55,616 nt of DNA, from assembly GCA_021789945.1 (NCBI GenBank), contig JAJYIS010000003.1, positions 1-55,616 of the forward strand. Reading direction: 5' to 3'. The notes beneath the pieces were generated by a model. It was given only the letters and a program-made list of their open reading frames with translations. It did no database searches and was not told where the DNA came from. This DNA is from Thermoplasmata archaeon (GTDB lineage Archaea; Thermoplasmatota; Thermoplasmata; UBA10834). Positions 28,777 to 38,687 of this stretch are shown here, in pieces. Numbering within the stretch: the first letter of the stretch is position 1; each line of letters starts with the position of its first letter. The translations under genes and the position numbers were made by a program.

Positions 28777-30101
28777 GGGATGAGCCTTGACCTGTCTCTG
28801 GGGTATAGGACGGCCTCCCTGACGTTCGGCAGGTCCAGCATCTTCTGGACATATCTCTCGACCCCGAACCCGAACCCTCCGTGCGGCGGCATGCCGAACC
28901 TGAACGCCTTCAGATAGAACTCGAACGAGTCGAGGTTGAGGTTGTTCTCCCTCATCTGCTCGGTGAGCACGTCGTACCTGTGCTCCCTCTGTCCCCCCGA
29001 GACGATCTCCTGTCCGCGGTAGTCGAGGTCGAAGTACCCCGTGGTCTCAGGGTCCTCATCGTACCTCTTGGCGTAGAAAGTGCCTCTCTTCAGGGATGTC
29101 GGGAACTCGGTGATGAAATAAAGTTCGGACCTCTTCTCGCGCTTCATGACGTCTCCGAGGGCCTTCTCGCCCTCCGTCCCGAGGTCGTCCCCCGGCCTGA
29201 TCTTGAGGCCTTCCCCGCACACCATCTCCACCGCTTCCTTGTACTTCACGCGCGGGAACGGTGCTGCGGGCAGATCGACAGTGACGCCCAGCTTCTCTAG
29301 CTCGGCCCTCGCGTGCTCGCGCACGTGCTGGAGGCTGGCCATGACTATCCCCTCCGCGACGGCCATCACATCCTCTGACGATCGAATGAATGCGAGTTCG
29401 ACGTCGAGGGACATGAACTCGGCGATGTGCCTGATGGTGTCCGATGCCTCTGCCCGGTACGCGGGCGCGATCTCGAAGATCCTGTCAAGGCCGCTCGCCA
29501 TCAGGTTCTGTTTGTACAGCTGAGGGCTCTGGGCCAGGAACGCGCTCCTGTCGAAGTACTTGATGGGGAACAGGGTGGAGCCGCCCTCAGCTCCTGCGGC
29601 GACTATCTTCGGTGTGCTGACTTCCACGAACCCCTCCGAGGTCAGGTAGTTCCTGATGCCCGTGAGAGTCTTCGCCTTCACCTGGAAGATCGCCTTGACC
29701 TCGTCCTTCCTGAGGTCCATGAACCGGTTGTTGAGCCTCGTGTCGAGGTCCGCGCCCACCTTGTCAATGACGCCGAGCGGGAGCGGGGCCTCCGCCTTGC
29801 TCAGGATGTCGATCTTCTCCGGTATGATCTCGAAGCCCGCCCTCGCCTCTTTGCTCTCCTTCACTGTTCCGGAGACGAGGACCACGGACTCGCGCGGAAT
29901 GCCGGCTGCGAGATCGAACAGCTCCTTGCTCCGTTTCTTCAGGAGCGTCACCTGGATGACGCCGGACCGGTCTCTCAGCTGGAGGAATGATATCCCCCCT
30001 AGGTTCCTCAGGTCCTGGACCCAGCCTCCCACCGTCAGCTGCTTGCCGTAGTGCTCAGGGCCGATCTCGTTGGAGTAAGTGACGTGCTGCCATGAAGGCA
30101 A
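28773..30101 (-). CDS. aspS: Aspartate--tRNA ligase, archaeal type
   Basis: OB fold GWVQDLRNLGG..F..LRD, LAQSPQLYKQ, RAE, PPHGGFGFGVER; GGTGAT SD before TTG at 30101. Confidence 0.95.
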   Translation of the reverse strand: MPSWQHVTYSNEIGPEHYGKQLTVGGWVQDLRNLGGISFLQLRDRSGVIQVTLLKKRSKELFDLAAGIPRESVVLVSGTVKESKEARAGFEIIPEKIDILSKAEAPLPLGVIDKVGADLDTRLNNRFMDLRKDEVKAIFQVKAKTLTGIRNYLTSEGFVEVSTPKIVAAGAEGGSTLFPIKYFDRSAFLAQSPQLYKQNLMASGLDRIFEIAPAYRAEASDTIRHIAEFMSLDVELAFIRSSEDVMAVAEGIVMASLQHVREHARAELEKLGVTVDLPAAPFPRVKYKEAVEMVCGEGLKIRPGDDLGTEGEKALGDVMKREKRSELYFITEFPTSLKRGTFYAKRYDEDPETTGYFDLDYRGQEIVSGGQREHRYDVLTEQMRENNLNLDSFEFYLKAFRFGMPPHGGFGFGVERYVQKMLDLPNVREAVLYPRDRSRLIP

Positions 30102-30236
30102 GTGATCATCACCTTTCTTGCGTAACCTAGTGGAGGCTCTTAACGGTTTTCGTGCGCGGTCGCTCCATTCGCGGGCCGAGCGGGGCGCCTGACCGAAGGC
30201 CAAGCGTGAAATAAGCTGCACACCATCCATGACCCA

Positions 30237-31496
30237 ATGGACTTGATCATCCTTGTCTACGTCCTGCTCATGATCGCCTTCGCGAAGGCGGTCGGGGAGC
30301 TCGTGACAAGGGTGAGCCAGCCTGCGATAGTCGGCGAGCTCCTTGCGGGCATAGTCCTGGGGCCGTTCCTGCTGGGCGCTGTCTTCTCCGGGCTCTCGGA
30401 CATGTACACGACCGCGTCCGAGCCCGGGAAGTTCATCTCCGACCTGGGAGACCTCGGGATGCTCTTCCTGATGCTGTATTCCGGGCTCCAGTTCTCCCCG
30501 GGCGCCCTGCGCAGCTCCTCCAGGCTCGGCGGGAGCATAGCCGTCGTGGGCATGGTGCTCCCGATGGTGCTCGGCTATTTCGCAGGCGTGCTCCTCGGGA
30601 TGAGCGGCCTGCCTCTAGCGTTCCTCTCGCTCGCGGTGTCCGTCACGGCACTTCCGGTCACCCTCAGGATGCTCGTGGACCTGGAGGTGATGAGGACAGA
30701 GACCGCTGGCACGATAACCAGCGCCGCGCTCATCACCGACGCCGCCCTGATGCTCGGCCTGAGCCTCATCCTGGGAAGCACGACCGGGCCCATGACTCCC
30801 CTGGAGGCGACCGTGCTCTCCGGCGGCTTCATCATGTTCTTCGTCCTAGCGGTCGCGGTGGGCAGGTACGTCGTGCCCCATGTCTACCAGCTCTTGAAGT
30901 GGATGCGCACGGGGGAGGCCGCGTTCGCGGTCGCCATCGGGTTCGCGATCGCATTCGCCATACTCGCCGAGAGGCTCGGGCTGCCGACGGTCATAGGCGC
31001 GTTCATAGCAGGCCTGTTGCTCAGACAGGCGGGGAAGGGGCTGAAGGCCTGGGACAGGGTCGAGGACATCTTATCCGGGGTGACCATGGGGTTCCTCGCG
31101 CCGATATTCTTCGTGCTCATCGGGTTCACCGTGGACTTCAAGATCGTCATGAACGCATTGCCGATGCTCGCCGTCGTCACGCTCGTCGCCATCGTCGGGA
31201 AGATCGCGGGGTCGTACGTCCCGGGAAGGGCGTTCGGGCTGAAGGACAGGGAGGCAATGGCCGTCGGCTCGATGATGATGGCCAAGGGCGCCATGGAGCT
31301 GGTGTTCGCGAGGATTGCGCTCGAGCAGGGCATCATCGACGATAAGCTGTTCTCCGTGCTGGTGCTGATGGCTTTCGTCTCGACCATGCTCGCGCCAATC
31401 ATGTTCAAGTTCTTCTTCAACCGTGCTGTCGGGCGCGGGGAAATCAAGCGATCCGCAGAGCCCGCGGTCGACCTCGGGGACGCTGACCTGGCCTAG
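30237..31496 (+). CDS. Cation:proton antiporter (CPA2/KefB-like)
   Basis: P.IVGELLAGIVLGP, GAFIAGL, PIFFV.IG; about 12 TM segments. Confidence 0.9.
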   Translation: MDLIILVYVLLMIAFAKAVGELVTRVSQPAIVGELLAGIVLGPFLLGAVFSGLSDMYTTASEPGKFISDLGDLGMLFLMLYSGLQFSPGALRSSSRLGGSIAVVGMVLPMVLGYFAGVLLGMSGLPLAFLSLAVSVTALPVTLRMLVDLEVMRTETAGTITSAALITDAALMLGLSLILGSTTGPMTPLEATVLSGGFIMFFVLAVAVGRYVVPHVYQLLKWMRTGEAAFAVAIGFAIAFAILAERLGLPTVIGAFIAGLLLRQAGKGLKAWDRVEDILSGVTMGFLAPIFFVLIGFTVDFKIVMNALPMLAVVTLVAIVGKIAGSYVPGRAFGLKDREAMAVGSMMMAKGAMELVFARIALEQGIIDDKLFSVLVLMAFVSTMLAPIMFKFFFNRAVGRGEIKRSAEPAVDLGDADLA

Positions 31497-32413
31497 GCCG
31501 CTCCCGCGCGCTCCCGCCTCCGGGGGAGGCCTGTCTGGTTCGCGATGACGATGCCCAGCACGATGATGACCCCGCAGAGGACGGTCCAACTCTGCACGCC
31601 CTCGCTCCTCAGGATCCAAGCGAAGACGGATGCGAAGACGGGCATGAGGTAGATGAGGAACGCCATCCTCGAGACGTCCTGCTTCTCGAGCGAGCGGAGG
31701 TAGAGCACCGACGACAGTCCGGCGCACAGGACCCCCAGCACGACGAGGTTCGCAATCGAATTCGATGTGTAGACGGCCTCGGAGCCGGACTCGAGCGGGA
31801 CGGCCGCGCCCAGCATGAGAGTCCCGAGCGCCACGCCCAGGCCGATTATCAGCATGGGCGGGTTCCTCTCGAGCATCCTCTTCGCCGCCACCCATGCCAG
31901 CCCGTAGGAGGCCGCCGATACGAGGATCAGCACGTTGTCCACGAACTCCTGGTTGTCGAGGGATATCCCCCCGCTCGCGACCAGGAGGATCGTGCCGGTC
32001 ATCGCAATCAGGGTGCCGACCGCCTTGGCCCTCGTCAGCTCCTCCTTGAGGAGCAGGATCGCGAATGCGAGCGTCATCACCGGCCCGGACGACTGTATGA
32101 CGGACGCGATGGAGGATGTCCCGTGCTGGAGCCCGATGTTCTGAGCCACGTTCGGGAGCGCGACGTACAGGAACCCGAGGGCGAGGAGCATCTTCCACTC
32201 CTTCGCGATGGTGGACCTCATCTCCGCGGCCGAGTGCCGTAGCAGGACCGCGACCATCAGGACCGCCGATGCGAGGACGAACCTGACGAATCCGAGCATT
32301 ATCGGGGAGAAGTCCTCCAGACCGGTCTGGATGAGCGGGAATGCGAGGCCCCAGAGCACGACCGCTCCGAGCGCAGACGCGGAATCCAGCCAGAACCGCC
32401 TATCTTCTGCCAT
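31493..32413 (-). CDS. DMT/EamA family transporter
   Basis: LWG..F, two EamA repeats, LMPVFA; ATG at 32413. Confidence 0.88.
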   Translation of the reverse strand: MAEDRRFWLDSASALGAVVLWGLAFPLIQTGLEDFSPIMLGFVRFVLASAVLMVAVLLRHSAAEMRSTIAKEWKMLLALGFLYVALPNVAQNIGLQHGTSSIASVIQSSGPVMTLAFAILLLKEELTRAKAVGTLIAMTGTILLVASGGISLDNQEFVDNVLILVSAASYGLAWVAAKRMLERNPPMLIIGLGVALGTLMLGAAVPLESGSEAVYTSNSIANLVVLGVLCAGLSSVLYLRSLEKQDVSRMAFLIYLMPVFASVFAWILRSEGVQSWTVLCGVIIVLGIVIANQTGLPRRRERAGAA

Positions 32414-32487
32414 GAGCGGAGGGCGAATGCACTCAGGGATTTTAGTCTGTCTGTCCGGGACGCAGGTCCTAGCCCGAGGCTCAGCGG

Positions 32488-33900
32488 TCAATCCGCGCGG
32501 GGTTCCTTGGGCTTGCCCTTGCTCAAGAGCTCGAGCCGCCGGCCCTCGTCGTACAAGCAACGGACGGCCTTGGCCGCACGCATGGCGGAGGCGTAGACGG
32601 GTATGTTCTTGACCCTAAGCTCCTGGACGACCTCGTCTATCTCGGGGCCTCCCACCCAGCACGCCACGATAGGCTTCTTCAGGTTGCGCTTCTCCTCGAC
32701 GAGCTTGATGACAGCTCCCACGTACTCCCTGGGCCTGGCTATGCCGGCATGGACGCAGGTCATTATGAGGGAGTCCACGTTCGGGTCCGAGAGCATGATG
32801 CTCCCGGTCGCGTGATACCTATGAAACCTAGCGTCGCCGGTCACATCGAGCGGGTTCCTCGCGGTGGTTATCGGAGGCAGCTGGGGCTTCAGGGCCTCTA
32901 TGGTCCTCTTCGTGAGGTTCGGCACCTTGAGGCCGATGGATTCGCACCAGTCAGCCACCATGATGCCGGCGCCTCCGCCGTTGGATATGATTCCCACCCT
33001 GTTCCCGGGCGCCGGCGGCTGGTATGCGAGCGCCCTCGCGAAGTCGAAGAGCTCTATGACATCATAGGCCCTCTGGATGTGCACCTGCTTGAACGCGGAG
33101 TCGTAGACGGCGTCCGAGCCGCTCAGCGAACCGGTGTGCGTGGACGCCGCCGCCGAGCCCGCTGGCGTCCTGCCAGCCTTGATCGCCACGATCGGCTTCC
33201 TGCAGCGGCGTGCGGAGTCCAGGAACTTCTTGCCGTCCTTGATGCCCTCGATGTACATCGCGATGACCTTCGTGGCATCGTCCTGGTCCAGGTAGTCGAT
33301 GATGTCCGCGTCGTCGACATCGGCCTTGTTCCCGATGCTGATCACCCTCGAGAGCCCGATGTACTCCCCGTTCGCGTAGTAGATCATGCCTATGCAGAGC
33401 GCGCCGCTCTGGCTAATGAGCGCAATCTCCCCCGGCCTGGGCATGCCGAACACGAAAGCCGCGTCGAGGTTGTCGATCGGGTCCTTGTACCCCAGCGTGT
33501 TCGGCCCGATCAGTCTGATGCCGCCCTTCCGGGCGATCTGAAGGACCTCGTCCTCCAGCTCCTTCCCCTTCTCGCCTATCTCGCCGAATCCCGATGATAT
33601 CACGATCGCGCCCTTGACCTTCTTCTTGGCGCACTCGGTCATGACCTTGGGCACGAACTCGGCCGGCACGGCGATGATCGCGAGGTCGATGTCCTCCTTG
33701 ACCGCGAGGACGCTTGGCTGCGTCTTGAGCCCTATGATCTGCGGGGTCTCGGGGTTTATCGGGATCACCTTTCCCGTGTAACCGTTCACGAGAATGTTCT
33801 GGAGTATCTCGTATCCGACCTTCATCGGGTTCCTGGAAGCGCCGATCACCGCGATGGTCTTCGGCGAGAAAATCGGTCTTAGGTCCTCAACGGCGCCCAT
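32488..33900 (-). CDS. ADP-forming acyl-CoA synthetase, alpha (CoA-binding) subunit
   Basis: AVIGAS, GPNTLG, SQSGA, phospho-His motif STHTGSL, NPLD. Confidence 0.92.
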   Translation of the reverse strand: MGAVEDLRPIFSPKTIAVIGASRNPMKVGYEILQNILVNGYTGKVIPINPETPQIIGLKTQPSVLAVKEDIDLAIIAVPAEFVPKVMTECAKKKVKGAIVISSGFGEIGEKGKELEDEVLQIARKGGIRLIGPNTLGYKDPIDNLDAAFVFGMPRPGEIALISQSGALCIGMIYYANGEYIGLSRVISIGNKADVDDADIIDYLDQDDATKVIAMYIEGIKDGKKFLDSARRCRKPIVAIKAGRTPAGSAAASTHTGSLSGSDAVYDSAFKQVHIQRAYDVIELFDFARALAYQPPAPGNRVGIISNGGGAGIMVADWCESIGLKVPNLTKRTIEALKPQLPPITTARNPLDVTGDARFHRYHATGSIMLSDPNVDSLIMTCVHAGIARPREYVGAVIKLVEEKRNLKKPIVACWVGGPEIDEVVQELRVKNIPVYASAMRAAKAVRCLYDEGRRLELLSKGKPKEPRAD

Positions 33901-34169
33901 CGGTCAATCACTAGCGGACGCAAGAGAGGTGTAGGCTCAATTAAGTCTTTCCGACGCACTAGTGCCGGTGTCACGCCGGTGGCCTCGCACGCGGACGCCT
34001 GCTTTCGGTTCGACCGCCCCGGACTCCCGGCCTATGAGATAGGACCATCTGGACGCGCTAGTGGACTTGCTGGAGGCTCCGTGCGAACCCCAGGAACGGT
34101 TAATATACGATGAATATCTTATCCATCGAAGCCGCGCTGGGCGAACGCATTCCCACGGGGGAAATTGAG

Positions 34170-35306
34170 ATGCCAGAAAAGATAACCGTGTCGCTGATAA
34201 AGGCCGATGTCGGATCGATCGCGGGACACTCGAGACCGCACCCCAAGATGATGGAGGTGGCATCGGACACTTTGAGAAAGGCCGTACGGGACGGTCTGCT
34301 GATCGACTACTACGTCACCAGATGCGGGGACGACATACAGCTTCTGATGACACACAGGGAGGGCGAGAACAACAGACAGGTGCACGAGCTCGCATGGAAC
34401 GCCTTCATGGCCGCGTCCAAGGAGGCGAAGAAGATGCACCTGTACGCCGCCGGCCAGGACCTGCTCTCAGACGCGTTCTCCGGGAACGTGAGGGGCCAAG
34501 GCCCGGGTGCCGCCGAGATGGAGTTCGAGGAGCGCCCGACAGAGCCGATGCTGGTCTTCATGGCGGACAAGTGCGGCCCTGCCGCGTACTCGTTACCCAT
34601 ATCCAAGATCTTCATGGACCCGTTCACGACGACCGGGCTCGTGATCGACCCGCGGGCGCACCTCGGGTACGACCTCGAGATAGTCGACGTCGTAGACCAC
34701 AAGAAGGTCCTCATGAGCTCCCCGGCCGAGCTGTACGACATCCTCGCGCTCATAGGCGACACGACCAGGTACGCGGTCAAGAGGGTCATCCACAGGACGC
34801 TCGGGATATCCGCTGTCGTGTCGACCGAGAAGCTGAACATCCTGGCAGGGAAGTACGTTGGGAAGGACGACCCCGTGATGCTCGTAAGATGCCAGTCCGG
34901 CTTCCCGGCCGTCGGGGAGGTCCTGCAGCCGTTCGCGTTCCCGCAGCTGGTCGCTGGCTGGATGCGCGGGTCCCACTACGGCGCATGGTACCCCTGCGGG
35001 GTCGACGATTCCGATCCTTCGTACTTCGACGGCCCGCCGAGGGTGTGCTCGCTCGGCATCCAGATCAATGGCGGCAAGATACAGGGCGCTGAGCCACCGG
35101 GCGGCAAGCCGGGCGACCACAAGCCGGTCGACTACTTCTCGGGCAAGGAGTGGGACCACGTCAGGGACAAGGCGATGAGGATCTCCATCTACATGCGCGG
35201 GCACGGCCCGTTCATGCCGGGCATCGTCTCTCCAGAGGACCTCGAGTACACGACGAGGCCGGAGATCCTGAAGAAGCTCGAGCCCAGGATGAAGCCTCTC
35301 GAATGA
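34170..35306 (+). CDS. fbp: Fructose-1,6-bisphosphate aldolase/phosphatase (class V), divergent
   Basis: IKADVGS..GH, GDD, GQDLL.DAFSGN, GKYVGKDDP, GWMRGSH, EYTT. Confidence 0.92.
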   Translation: MPEKITVSLIKADVGSIAGHSRPHPKMMEVASDTLRKAVRDGLLIDYYVTRCGDDIQLLMTHREGENNRQVHELAWNAFMAASKEAKKMHLYAAGQDLLSDAFSGNVRGQGPGAAEMEFEERPTEPMLVFMADKCGPAAYSLPISKIFMDPFTTTGLVIDPRAHLGYDLEIVDVVDHKKVLMSSPAELYDILALIGDTTRYAVKRVIHRTLGISAVVSTEKLNILAGKYVGKDDPVMLVRCQSGFPAVGEVLQPFAFPQLVAGWMRGSHYGAWYPCGVDDSDPSYFDGPPRVCSLGIQINGGKIQGAEPPGGKPGDHKPVDYFSGKEWDHVRDKAMRISIYMRGHGPFMPGIVSPEDLEYTTRPEILKKLEPRMKPLE

Positions 35307-35316
35307 GGGCGTTGCC

Positions 35317-35994
35317 GTGAGCATCCGCATGCCCGCCATCGTGATCAACTTCAAGACCTATCTGGAGGCCAGCGGGAGCGCCGCCCTCGAGCTCGCGAAG
35401 CTGTGCGACCATGTCTCGTCAGAGACCGGCGCGTCGATCGTCGTCGCGCCCCCGATGCTGGACCTCGCGGCGGTCGCTTCGGCCGTCGGCATACCGGTGT
35501 TCGCCCAGCATATCGACAGCGTCACGTCGGGCAGCACGACGGGCCATGTCACGATCGAGAACGCGAAGGCCTCGGGGGCCAAGGGGACGCTTGTGAACCA
35601 TTCGGAGCACAGGATCAGGATCGCGGAGATCCATGAGATCATCGACCGCGCCCGTCCGCTCGGGCTGTCGACGATAGTGTGCACGAACAACCTCGCGGTC
35701 AGCAAGGCGTGCGCCGCCATGGACCCGGACTTCGTCGCGATCGAGCCTCCAGAGCTGATAGGCGGCGAGGTGTCCGTCACGACGGCCAACCCGAGGATAG
35801 TCTCGGACACCGTCCAGTCGATCCGGAAGATCAGCGGCAGCGTTGGAGTGCTCTGCGGAGCCGGCGTGAAGAACGGCCGCGACGTGGCTGCCGCGCTCGC
35901 GCTCGGCACGGACGGGGTGCTCTTGGCGAGCGGGGTCGTGAAGGCCAAGGATCGGCGCGCGACCCTCATGGACCTCGTGTCGGGGCTGGGATAG
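35317..35994 (+). CDS. tpiA: Triosephosphate isomerase, archaeal type
   Basis: INFKTY, NHSE, EPPELIG, LCGAG, GVLLAS. Confidence 0.95.
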   Translation: MSIRMPAIVINFKTYLEASGSAALELAKLCDHVSSETGASIVVAPPMLDLAAVASAVGIPVFAQHIDSVTSGSTTGHVTIENAKASGAKGTLVNHSEHRIRIAEIHEIIDRARPLGLSTIVCTNNLAVSKACAAMDPDFVAIEPPELIGGEVSVTTANPRIVSDTVQSIRKISGSVGVLCGAGVKNGRDVAAALALGTDGVLLASGVVKAKDRRATLMDLVSGLG

Positions 35995-36050
35995 CCGAAG
36001 ACTACCTGTAAGCAAGTTGTTCTTGACCGGGGGCCCGGCATACACTCCCG

Positions 36051-38225
36051 ATGCGGCGTGAACACATCCAGGCGGTGTCGTCGGCCTTGCTTCTAACCTT
36101 CGTTGTGTTCATCCCGCATCACGTCGACGACACCGCCATCGCCCCGAAGTCGGCCTCACTGGTCTCGTCTCCAGGCCTGCTGATCTCCGAGTTTTACCCC
36201 CGCGGGTTCTGCGACGACGAATACATCGTTCTGTCGAACCAGTGCGGGACCGCTATCGACCTGAAGGGCTGGAACCTGACGGACGGCGAAGGAGTGCTCA
36301 GTTTCGCCTCCGACGTATGGCTCACGGACGGGGAGTCCTTCTCCATCTCATGGAACCAGAGCTCGTTCTGGCAGGCGTATGGGAGACTGCCGGAGGTATC
36401 CATGGACTCGACGGAAGCCGCGAGCGTCATCCGTTCGTCCGGCAGCTTCAGGCTGGGGGATTCCGGAGACTCGATGGCCCTCAGCTCCCCCCAGGGGCGC
36501 CTGGTCGACGCAGTGATCTACGGGTCCACGAGCGAGACCTCCCAAGGATGGTCGGGCGACCCGATGCCGGCGCTCAAGCAGGGCGAGGTCGCCAAGAGGG
36601 TCAGCTCCGCGGGGGCGCTGCTCGACACCGACTCCATGCTTGACTGGATGCCGTTTCGAGAGTTCAGGTACGGCTATACGGACCTCCAGAGCGGCAGCAT
36701 CGACATCGCGGCCGGGAACATCACGACCTTCGTAAGCCCCGACAATTCGCAGGACATCGTGCTGTCAGGGATAGGGCATGCCAGCAAGAGCATCAGCGCA
36801 TGCTCGTACGAGTTCTCCTCGGCGCCGGTCACAAAGGCACTCATCGAGGCGAGGCAGCGCGGGACGGCGGTCCGGCTGCTCGTCGACGGCTCGCCCTCAG
36901 GGGGCATGTCCGAGGGCGAGCTCGCATGCCTTTCCGTCCTCTCGCGGTCCGGGATCGATGTCCGCGCCGTCAAGGGGAACACATCGTCTGGGGTGGTCCA
37001 GCACACCGGCGCTCTCCACGCGAAGTACATCGTCATCGACTCGCTCGTCACGATCGTCATGTCAGAGAACCTCGTCGAGCAGGGCATGCCGACCGACAGG
37101 GTCTTCGGCAACCGCGGCTGGGGTGTCGAGATCCGGGACTCAAGGGCCGCGAGGCTCGTCCTGGACGTGTTTGAGGCAGACTCAAGGCTCTCCAGGAGGG
37201 ACGTCGTCCTTTGGCCCAACTGCCCACTGTTCAACGGCTCTGCGGAGCTGCCCAAGGCCCCGGACCAGAACCACACGCAGGAACTGTTCGAGCCGCTGGT
37301 GAATTCAGAGCCTGCGCGCATCACTCTCTGTCTCTCCCCGGACATCTCGGTCCAGCGGCCGTATCTCGCGCCGCTGATCGAATGCTCCCGCAGGTTCGTC
37401 GGCGAGCAGTTCCAGGCCGACCTCTGGTGGAAGGAGAGATGGAACAACGAATCGATTGTCAGCCCACTCGTCTCGGCCCTGGAGTCATCGCTCAGGGCCG
37501 GCGGGAGCGCGAGGCTGCTGCTCGACTCCTCGTGGTACAACGTTCCAGGGAACGGCGCGGTCGCCGACAGTCTCAGGGAGAACACGACGTTCGCCGGGAT
37601 GGACGGCGAGTTCGCGCTCCTCAATCCCGCCAGCCCTATCACCGCCCTGCACAACAAGGGCGCCGTGATCGACGGGAGAACGACATTGATATCGAGCAAC
37701 AACTGGGTCTTCGCATCGTTTGCCAGGAACCGCGAGCTGGGCGTCCTGGTGTACTCCGTCGAGGTCGCAGACTACTTCACCACGGTCTTCGAATCTGACT
37801 GGAACCCGGACAGGACACCTCCCGTCGCGGACGCGGGGGAGGATATCGAGATGGCCGCGGGCGAGACCGTCATGATCACCTCTGGGCGGTCGTTCGACGA
37901 CCGCGTGATATCCTCAGTCGCATGGGACACGGACGGCGACGGGTTCGCGGAGTCCTGGAACCGGTCGATCGACTACACGGCGAGCGTCCCCGGAGACCAT
38001 CGGATCGTGCTCACCGTGGAAGATTCGTGGGGGAACGCCGCGACCGACGAAATCATCGTGAGCGTGATTGTCCCGGATGGCCCTGGGCGAGCAGGCCATG
38101 GCGGGCTCGTCGGCCTGGAATGGCTCGCTCCGATCGTCCTCGCCGCAGCATACGTCGCATTCAGGAGACGGCGGCCTGCCGGGGAGGCGCCTTCGCGGAA
38201 GCTTAATCATCGACCTAAGGCGTGA
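36051..38225 (+). CDS. Secreted/anchored phospholipase D-family protein (lamin-tail, 2x HKD, PKD, TM)
   Basis: Signal-like N-terminus, LLISE..P...DEYIVL.N (LTD-like), LHAKYIVID and LHNKGAVID, PVADAG PKD repeat, C-terminal TM plus RRRR. Confidence 0.82.
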   Translation: MRREHIQAVSSALLLTFVVFIPHHVDDTAIAPKSASLVSSPGLLISEFYPRGFCDDEYIVLSNQCGTAIDLKGWNLTDGEGVLSFASDVWLTDGESFSISWNQSSFWQAYGRLPEVSMDSTEAASVIRSSGSFRLGDSGDSMALSSPQGRLVDAVIYGSTSETSQGWSGDPMPALKQGEVAKRVSSAGALLDTDSMLDWMPFREFRYGYTDLQSGSIDIAAGNITTFVSPDNSQDIVLSGIGHASKSISACSYEFSSAPVTKALIEARQRGTAVRLLVDGSPSGGMSEGELACLSVLSRSGIDVRAVKGNTSSGVVQHTGALHAKYIVIDSLVTIVMSENLVEQGMPTDRVFGNRGWGVEIRDSRAARLVLDVFEADSRLSRRDVVLWPNCPLFNGSAELPKAPDQNHTQELFEPLVNSEPARITLCLSPDISVQRPYLAPLIECSRRFVGEQFQADLWWKERWNNESIVSPLVSALESSLRAGGSARLLLDSSWYNVPGNGAVADSLRENTTFAGMDGEFALLNPASPITALHNKGAVIDGRTTLISSNNWVFASFARNRELGVLVYSVEVADYFTTVFESDWNPDRTPPVADAGEDIEMAAGETVMITSGRSFDDRVISSVAWDTDGDGFAESWNRSIDYTASVPGDHRIVLTVEDSWGNAATDEIIVSVIVPDGPGRAGHGGLVGLEWLAPIVLAAAYVAFRRRRPAGEAPSRKLNHRPKA

Positions 38226-38235
38226 CGCCCCCGCG

Positions 38236-38679
38236 ATGATCGTCACCCGCCCGTTCGCCCCTCCAGACATACCTGAGGTCATCCGGATCGTCGAGGACTC
38301 GCTCAGGGAGAATTATCCTCCTTCCCTGTATCTCACGGTCCACAATCTGTGGAGGGAGGGCTTCATCGTGCTGATCCAGGACGGCAAGATGGCGGGTTTC
38401 GTCGCGGCCGTCCCAAACGGAAACAACGTTGCCAGGGTCCTCATGCTGGCCGTCCTGCGCCCGTACAGGAACCGGTCGTTCGGGAAGCGCCTCATGAACG
38501 AGCTCTTCTCGAGCTGTCGCGCGAAGGGTTTGGACACGGTCATCCTCGAGGTCCGGAAGAGCAACAGGGTGGCCATCGCGTTCTACGAGCGCCTGGGCTT
38601 CACGGTCTACGGGGAGATGAAGAAGTTCTACAGCAACGGTGAGGACGCCTACAAGATGATGCGCGTGCTCGAGACCTGA
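38236..38679 (+). CDS. RimI/Ard1-like N-acetyltransferase
   Basis: LAV..PYRNRSFG, LEVRKSN..A..FYE.LGF, YSNGEDA; ATG at 38236. Confidence 0.88.
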   Translation: MIVTRPFAPPDIPEVIRIVEDSLRENYPPSLYLTVHNLWREGFIVLIQDGKMAGFVAAVPNGNNVARVLMLAVLRPYRNRSFGKRLMNELFSSCRAKGLDTVILEVRKSNRVAIAFYERLGFTVYGEMKKFYSNGEDAYKMMRVLET

Positions 38680-38687
38680 ACGGGCGC

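Noticed and set aside
33950-34090. Possible bulged helix (TCGCACG...CGTGCGA) and GGTTCGA between divergent promoters
   Set aside because: No cloverleaf; GC-rich pairing is plausible by chance; apparently outside both transcripts.
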